DNA of 29,963 bases from a virus (lineage: Duplodnaviria; Caudoviricetes). Positions 23,611 to 29,963 of this stretch are shown here, piece after piece. The stretch's first letter is position 1. Each line of letters starts with the position of its first letter. The stretch lies in IMG/VR virus record IMGVR_UViG_3300020431_000023, positions 1 to 29,963 of that record, one strand, 5' to 3'. The notes beneath the pieces are model-generated. The model worked only from the letters and a program-made list of their open reading frames with translations. It did not search any database and was not told the DNA's origin. The translations under genes were made by a program, and so were the position numbers.

Positions 23611-23618
23611 TATTTATA
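23611..23618 (-). promoter_or_regulatory. Exact T4 late promoter consensus TATAAATA
   Basis: Minus strand TAG-GA-TATAAATA-GTATT-ATG in a 15-nt intergenic gap. Confidence 0.7.
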
Positions 23619-23620
23619 TC

Positions 23621-26600
23621 CTATCTTAGTTTCCAAGTTCCTACATGATCCCAGTACCAATACCCGCCACCGCCATATCCGGACATTGCGACAGAACCAA
23701 CTTCACCTTCGTAAATGTAAACATTTTGACCTACTCCACCTTGTCCGTCAGTCGGAGGAGTGCCACCAGAAACGATTGCTTCAACTGTATTCTCTACTAC
23801 AGGTTCACCGTCATCAACTATTTCATTTTCAACAATAAATGATTCTTGTTGCGGAACAAATGTTTTTGTAGTTGTGGCTATAATATTTGAATATGTATTA
23901 TTATATTCGTTACCATAAATGTTTGTAGGGTTTTCTCCAAATCCTAATTCAACTGGAGTACTAGGTCTATAATCATCTCCTGTTGGTTGTTGAGTATTAC
24001 TTTCTGTAGTAATGTCCTGATTTTGTACTGAAGCAAGATTGACTGCTTGTTCGATTTCACTAAACGGATTGATCTCTGTTGTTTCTGGAGTTGCTTCTGC
24101 AACTGTTTGTGTTACAGAAGATCCGAACTGTGTTTTTGCAGTTTCAATTTTAGCAGTTAGTGCTTTAAGTTGAGGATCTGTAGCCGCTGATTGATATGAT
24201 GCTTCTGCCGCTATTATTTCTGGAGAACCTGCTGGGAAGTTTGATTGTGCTTCAAACAATGCTCGTTGTTTAGATGCAACATCTGCTTGTGCTTTATTCA
24301 ATTTCTTAACATCAGCACTTAATGTTTTTCTTAATGACAGTAAAGCACTTGCGGCAGTTAATGCTCCAACTGGTATTTCGCCTAATAAATTAGGTTTGGG
24401 TATAATTGATCCAGGACCACCTAGAACTCCATCAATTAAACTTGTAATGCTTGATCTATTATATGTGTTAAGTGCTACTGTAGGTAACTTGATAGTTGAC
24501 CCGCCACCTGCTGTTAGTGCTGATAATGCAGATTCTAATGCGGCTGCCGCACCTGGACTTAATGCACTTGAGAGTGCAGTTCCTACTGCATCTGATACTC
24601 CACCAATTAAATTATCTTTAACTGATCCTAATGATGAAATATCACCTAATGCTGATTCTGCTGAAGCAACTAATCCACCTACATCTGTTCCTGAGAATGC
24701 AGATGATCCGAGACTTGATAGAGAGTCTGTTACTCCACCTATTCCGTCTGCAATTGCATTAACTGATCCAGTTGCATTGTCAACTACACTACTACCTAAC
24801 TTCTGTCCACCTGGCAAGTTACTTACACCTGATGCAATCGTACTTGATATAGTTGCAGTTGCTCCGCGTTGAACTTGAGTTGCGGCATTCTGTAATGTTC
24901 CTTGTTGAGTTAATGACTCAACACTAGATGAAACACTTTTTACATCAGATACAGCAGATGATATTGCTCCGGTTGCCACTGATGATGCTTGATCTGCTAT
25001 TCCTTGTACAGAATCAGTTACCCCTGATGTTGCTGAACTAAATGCGCCTTCGACTGATCCTGCACCAACAGTTGTTGCTAATGCATCAGTAATAGTAGAT
25101 GTGTCTGCTAAGTCTGGCGCTTTCATACCTGCACTTGCCCCTGCAACTTTGGCTGCCGCGGCTCCTGCTAGAGCAGTTAAGTCTTGTGGTTTGTCAGGGC
25201 CGGCTTCAAGTGTGCCAAATGATGCTACTATTGATTTAAATGATGATGCTGAGGCTCCTATATTTGTATCTATTCCTACACCGAGTTCAGGCAACGCTCC
25301 GCCCAATGTGTTTAATGCTTTAGCAACTCCACCTACTCCACCTGATAATTGTGATGCTACAACTGATTCTGCACCTGCCTTCATTGTATCTAAGACACCT
25401 TGGGTTGCACCAGAAATTGCTCCTGAGATTCCGCCTTCTGTAGCCTTACTAATGGCTCCACTAACTTCACTAACATTGTCTCCTAAATTACCAGTAGATG
25501 CTACAGATGAAATAGTTCCTGAAACAACAGCACCTAATCCTCCGGGTGCTTCTTTTCCTGTAATTGCTCCTACTGTTTGTAATGCTTTTTGTCCTTTTTG
25601 TAATGTTGACACTACACTTTTTGCTTGTGCAGAGTTTGAACCTATAAATTGCTCGGCTGTATTAATACCGCTTTTGCCTGTAAATGATGCAGACGGTAAA
25701 ACATTAGTTGGTACTCTGCCTTGTGCCGCGCCTGTCGCACTGCCACCTACATTAGCAGATACTAAAGTGTTTACTAATGTATCTGCTCCTGGCTTAAGAA
25801 TTCCACCATCAGCCATTTGAGATGCTGTTTGACCAAATTTTCCTAAAGTCACTGCTGGCCCGGTTGCTGTATCTACTATGCCGGCAACATCTCCAAACTG
25901 GGCAAGTTCACTAGCGGCCGCTTTACCAGAAAGCAATGTTGACGTAACATTTTTATCTAACGCATCACTGATTCCTCCTACTTCTGATATTGTGGCTGCC
26001 GCTGTTGGGTTAGTTACACCAGATACGTTTCCACCTAAATCACCAAGATTATTATTTAAATTACTTAAATTACCAGATGGTTCAGCCGGTAATGCCGCTT
26101 CAGCACTTGGATCTACTTCTACGTCTGCACCTTGATTTGCACTCATCCAAGGCATGTGAGCAGGCGCACGTGAAGTAATACTAGGTATTTTAGCAAGTGC
26201 CGCCGCCCAGCCTACTGTTTCATCGAACAGTGTGTCTGGATGCATAATTATATCTATTGGTTCTACAACATCTGGACTTAAACTTGCGGCTCCGTCGTTC
26301 AAGTGTATTTTTGATCCTTCATTAAAAATTTCTGCGGCTGATTTTATTCCTAATTGACCCTGTGCTTCCATTGCTAATGCCGCATCTGCTTTCATTTTTA
26401 TATTCTGAAGTGTATATAAACTATAGTCTTCTCCTACTCTTTGATTAAATGCTTTGTCTGCGTTAAGAGTAGTATTTTCAGAGGAGTTAAGATTTACATT
26501 TTTAGCATTTAAATTGATATTATTATCTGCATGAAAATTAAGATCGCCTTGAGTACGTAAGTTAATAGAGTTTGTACTAAAGACATCTACTGTTCCTTCT

Positions 26601-27529
26601 TTACCTAATTCAATATATGATTGTCCATTTGAGTGTAGGATAGATAACATCTGTCCGTCATCACTCATTAGTATTTGATGACCTAATGCTGTACGCAATC
26701 TAATTAATTGATCTCTGCCAATGATGTCACCGTCATCCATAACAAGTGAGTGTCCACCACGTCTTGTTACTACTCTAAGTTTGTCTGGATCTACATCTAA
26801 ACTACTCGGTAAAGATTCGTCTGTATATCCACCTTGATAAACAGGTCGACCTGGAGTACTTACACCCCAACCTACTCTACTTGATGATTCTCTTGTTGCA
26901 CTCGTACTGATAGGGCCTCTGTACTTGTCTCTGAGGATACCCTGTTGTTGCATAATCGATGCAGTATAACTGTGTACAGGTTTTGCGGCAGTAAGATAAT
27001 CAGTACTATCCGCAACACTTTTGTTATTAGTATTAATGTTAGTAGCAGGTAGTCGAGGAGAACCTGCATATGATTGTGCTTCTCCTTCATTAAGAACTAC
27101 TTTATCTGTTGACCCTACTGCAGGAATCATTGACAATGTTTCTGGAGAAGGTGCTGATCCTATATAGAATCCATAGTTAGGATCTCCATTAACAAATATG
27201 CAAATTACTTTTGTTAATTTATCCGGTGGTGCATTCCATTGTCCATATGAACTTGGGTTGCCTGCATATGCTCCAAAATCAACGTCTGGACCTATAGCCT
27301 CTGTGTTGCCGAAGAATGTAGAAAGTTTATTGACCCAAATCCAATTGTTTGAATCGTATGCATTTTTATCTAAGTTTTCTGAAGGGTAGACTGCAATACA
27401 TCCTTGGTGTGTTGGGTCTACTGTACTCATCACTGTAGCAACGATAGGTACTTGAATAACAGATGCTACTCCGGCACCGGGTGTATTTTTCTTTAATCGA
27501 CCTCTAGGTTTAAAAAAATCGTTACTCAT
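23621..27529 (-). CDS. gp5: Baseplate central spike, gp5/VgrG-like, with long Gly/Ala/Ser-rich C-terminal extension (1302 aa)
   Basis: N-terminal OB-fold pattern (VMSTVDPTHQGCIAVY...WIWV...PPDKLTKVICIFVNGDPNYGFYIG), then GGHSLVMDD / RLRTALGHQILMSD / HSNGQSYIELGKEGTV and beta-helix-like repeats (NSINLRTQGDLNFHADNNINLNA...GSKIHLN). Start overlaps the upstream stop (TAATG). Confidence 0.85.
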   Translation of the reverse strand: MSNDFFKPRGRLKKNTPGAGVASVIQVPIVATVMSTVDPTHQGCIAVYPSENLDKNAYDSNNWIWVNKLSTFFGNTEAIGPDVDFGAYAGNPSSYGQWNAPPDKLTKVICIFVNGDPNYGFYIGSAPSPETLSMIPAVGSTDKVVLNEGEAQSYAGSPRLPATNINTNNKSVADSTDYLTAAKPVHSYTASIMQQQGILRDKYRGPISTSATRESSSRVGWGVSTPGRPVYQGGYTDESLPSSLDVDPDKLRVVTRRGGHSLVMDDGDIIGRDQLIRLRTALGHQILMSDDGQMLSILHSNGQSYIELGKEGTVDVFSTNSINLRTQGDLNFHADNNINLNAKNVNLNSSENTTLNADKAFNQRVGEDYSLYTLQNIKMKADAALAMEAQGQLGIKSAAEIFNEGSKIHLNDGAASLSPDVVEPIDIIMHPDTLFDETVGWAAALAKIPSITSRAPAHMPWMSANQGADVEVDPSAEAALPAEPSGNLSNLNNNLGDLGGNVSGVTNPTAAATISEVGGISDALDKNVTSTLLSGKAAASELAQFGDVAGIVDTATGPAVTLGKFGQTASQMADGGILKPGADTLVNTLVSANVGGSATGAAQGRVPTNVLPSASFTGKSGINTAEQFIGSNSAQAKSVVSTLQKGQKALQTVGAITGKEAPGGLGAVVSGTISSVASTGNLGDNVSEVSGAISKATEGGISGAISGATQGVLDTMKAGAESVVASQLSGGVGGVAKALNTLGGALPELGVGIDTNIGASASSFKSIVASFGTLEAGPDKPQDLTALAGAAAAKVAGASAGMKAPDLADTSTITDALATTVGAGSVEGAFSSATSGVTDSVQGIADQASSVATGAISSAVSDVKSVSSSVESLTQQGTLQNAATQVQRGATATISSTIASGVSNLPGGQKLGSSVVDNATGSVNAIADGIGGVTDSLSSLGSSAFSGTDVGGLVASAESALGDISSLGSVKDNLIGGVSDAVGTALSSALSPGAAAALESALSALTAGGGSTIKLPTVALNTYNRSSITSLIDGVLGGPGSIIPKPNLLGEIPVGALTAASALLSLRKTLSADVKKLNKAQADVASKQRALFEAQSNFPAGSPEIIAAEASYQSAATDPQLKALTAKIETAKTQFGSSVTQTVAEATPETTEINPFSEIEQAVNLASVQNQDITTESNTQQPTGDDYRPSTPVELGFGENPTNIYGNEYNNTYSNIIATTTKTFVPQQESFIVENEIVDDGEPVVENTVEAIVSGGTPPTDGQGGVGQNVYIYEGEVGSVAMSGYGGGGYWYWDHVGTWKLR

Positions 27530-29963
27530 TATCCGCCACCTGCATCGTCATTGTTGCCTTCACTTGTCTCTGCTTCATTTCTTGGACCTACAAAAGTGCC
27601 ATCGACATCAGTTTTTGTTTCATTGTTTCCTTCGATTTTGTTACCTTCTCCTTCTTCTGCGTCTGTTTCTCTAGGGTTATCTCCTTTATCTGCTTCAGCA
27701 TCCGGGAATGTATTTATAACACAAGACAACTCTTGTTCAAATCTGCCACCCTGAAATGAACTCATAACTGTTACTACTTTATAACTTACACCTACAATTT
27801 TATCTTGTATATAGTCAGGGTATTTAAAGAACAAAATCGAATCGTTTAAATCTAAGACACCGGTTTTGTCATTATAGTCTACTGCTTCTTTAAAGTCAAT
27901 TTCTATAAAGACTTGTCCTCCGTTAGCACTAACTCTGTAACCATCTTCTCCATAGAATCTTAAATAAGCGGCGTCGGGTCCACTTCGATGTTCTTGCACA
28001 AGAAAGTCTGGATCCCCTAATAGTCTGACTTTTGCTTCAGCATATGAGTCAGGAGAATACAAACTAGTCACATATTGATTCTGAGTTGCTCTACCTCCAC
28101 CTACAGCATTCAATGATGGCTCGGGTGTATTTTGATTTGGTGCAACAGGTGTCTGCTGACTTCCCCCAGTCCCTGCTCCTGATTCATTGATGTTTGGATT
28201 ACCTAATACTTCATTATAAAATAAGTTGTCTAATTTTTGTTCGTATTGTAAAATTTCACTGTTTTCACCTGTATACCAATATGCATATCTTTTGTGAGGT
28301 CCATAATATTCTATGCCTGCATTTGTAGCAATAGAAGTAATAATAGGTGTTTCATATTTTTCTATTCTAAATGTTGTTTTGTAAGCCCAGTCTGCTACTA
28401 CTGAGTCCCATTTAGCATCAGAGATATTAGTGGTTACTTTATACCAAGCAACTTTAGTAGCACTATTCGGATCTAAACTTGGTTGTTCTTTTCCTTCTAC
28501 TTCAGGTGTTGGTTGACTTTTATATACAAGTTGTAAAGCATCATATATGTATGAACTTCCTTTGAGAACCTCATCAAAGCATTCTATAAAACTAGTATCA
28601 CTGTTAAAAACAATTCTACGTTTTGCATCATCAGCAACTGCCTTTGCGGCAGCCGCATCAGTTGCTTCCATTGTATTTTTAATATTGTCTGTGTACCATT
28701 TACTTTTGTCTGTATCTGTAGGTAATATAAGAGTTGCATCTTTTATGGCGTCAACTCCATCTCCGATATATTCGAGTTCAAATGCGTTTGCAAATTCTTG
28801 TGTTTTAGCCTCTTGAACTTTCCAATTTTCAAATTCATTTAATTGAGTAAAGAGTCCGTCTTCACCCATGAATGCTTCATCGAATGTTCTTCCACCAATT
28901 GTTTTAGTAGCATGAATTCTACCTCTCTTTGTGCCGAATGCTTTACCTGGTGCCAGTGCTACCCCTTTTAAATAATATGTTGTGGCTCCACCTACAATTG
29001 TAAATTTAACACTACTAATAGCAATGTCATAATAAACTTGAAACAAATCGTTACCAGATGCATTAGGATCGATTGGTCCACCTGAAAATTCTAAGTCTCC
29101 GTTTGCAAGATTTCCATTCCCATCATAACCAAGAAATTTTACTCCTAATATAAAAAATTGTCTACTTGGATTATTAATTGATCCTTTTCCTGAATAGCCA
29201 GAGTCGTTTGAGTATTCTTGTAATGCATCACTGGCTTGTTTTAATTTTGTATTAAAAGAAAAACTATATGGTTCTATAACTTCAAATGATACTTCATATA
29301 TGTTAGTAGAAGATTGTGTTGCTTCTCCTGAGATTGCTTGTTTTAATTTTAAGTTATCAATATAAAAATCATTATCAAAGCCTGGTGCACGTTGAGATTC
29401 ATTGTTGTTAATACCTGCAGATTCTGCAATAAGATAGGCTCCACCTTTTCCGTCTCCGATAGCAGTTTCTAAGGCGTCAATTTATCTTCTTCCTGACGCA
29501 ACAAAGGCATCATATGCATCTGGAGTAATCATATATAAACTTAATTGATACGTATAAGATGATAAAGCACCTAGAGGATTTTTTAAACGTCTACCCGGTG
29601 CATCTGTACTTCCAGTATTAGCATTTGATTGTGCATTCCCTTCACCTTCATTATTAGGACTGCTTGTTGTTTCGGTACCCTCATCTTTTTGTATTTCAGA
29701 TTCTTGTGCCGCATTAGCATCACTAGTAGGGCTACTTCCTCCTGATACTTTTTGATCCTCGTCCACTGCATTTTCTCCATCAGATGGCTCATCAGTAGTA
29801 TCTGGTTCATTTGAAATATCAATAGGTGCCGCTTCACGTTGAGGATCATCAGCCGGTAATGCGGCTACTTCGGCTAAAATTTCTGATTTTTGTTGATTTA
29901 AATTTTCAGAATCTACGTTATTAGTTATTTGATCATTATCAGATATAATTAATGTTCCTAGAG
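27529..29963 (-). CDS. Probable baseplate hub (gp27/gpD-like) protein, >800 codons, 5' end outside the window, interrupted by one in-frame TAA at 29482-29484
   Basis: Track ORFs 27529..29046 and 29482..29766 share a frame; the 145 codons between them and the frame from 29767 to the window edge are open. Hub-like C-terminal motifs AKVRLLGDPDFL and YKVVTVMSSFQGGRFEQELSCV; lies directly upstream of the gp5-like gene. Confidence 0.7.

Noticed and set aside
24396-26135. Plus-strand ORFs 24396..24872, 25101..25820 and 25878..26135
   Set aside because: Antisense shadows of the Gly/Ala/Ser-rich spike region; codon bias leaves few stops, and there are no recognisable motifs.
29482-29484. Alternative genetic code (stop-codon reassignment)
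   Set aside because: ORFs up to 6436 aa are intact under the standard code, and TAA ends five genes in the window.
29583-29849. 88-aa minus-strand ORF in an alternative frame
   Set aside because: Overlaps the continuous hub frame, which carries the plausible motifs; no frameshift is needed to explain the locus.
19741-29963. Bacterial T6SS/eCIS/tailocin interpretation
   Set aside because: Separate hub and gp5, T4-type gp6 motifs and late-promoter-like boxes, with no bacterial accessory genes, fit a large phage better; capsid genes are outside the window, so this is not formally excluded.

Overview
AT-rich window (roughly 35% GC by eye) with all genes on the minus strand. It is best read as part of the late, virion-structural region of a large contractile-tailed (T4-superfamily-like or jumbo) phage. 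In transcription order it encodes: a baseplate hub-like protein (>800 codons, 5' end outside the window, split by one in-frame TAA at 29482-29484); a 1302-aa gp5/VgrG-like spike with an ~840-aa C-terminal extension; a gp25-like wedge protein; an enlarged gp6-like wedge protein; a 6436-aa giant protein in the gp7/gpI slot; a 46-aa ORF missed by the ORF track; and the start of another probable structural gene. The giant protein looks like a mosaic in which ~16 copies of an ~80-aa beta module, plus other modules, are inserted into one another and into two beta-propellers. T4-late-promoter-like (T/G)ATAA(A/G)TA boxes sit in all four intergenic gaps, three of them only 4-5 nt from the ATG. No RNA genes, CRISPR arrays or mobile elements were seen. 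Family assignments come from motif recognition by eye and gene order, not database searches, and internal domain coordinates are approximate.
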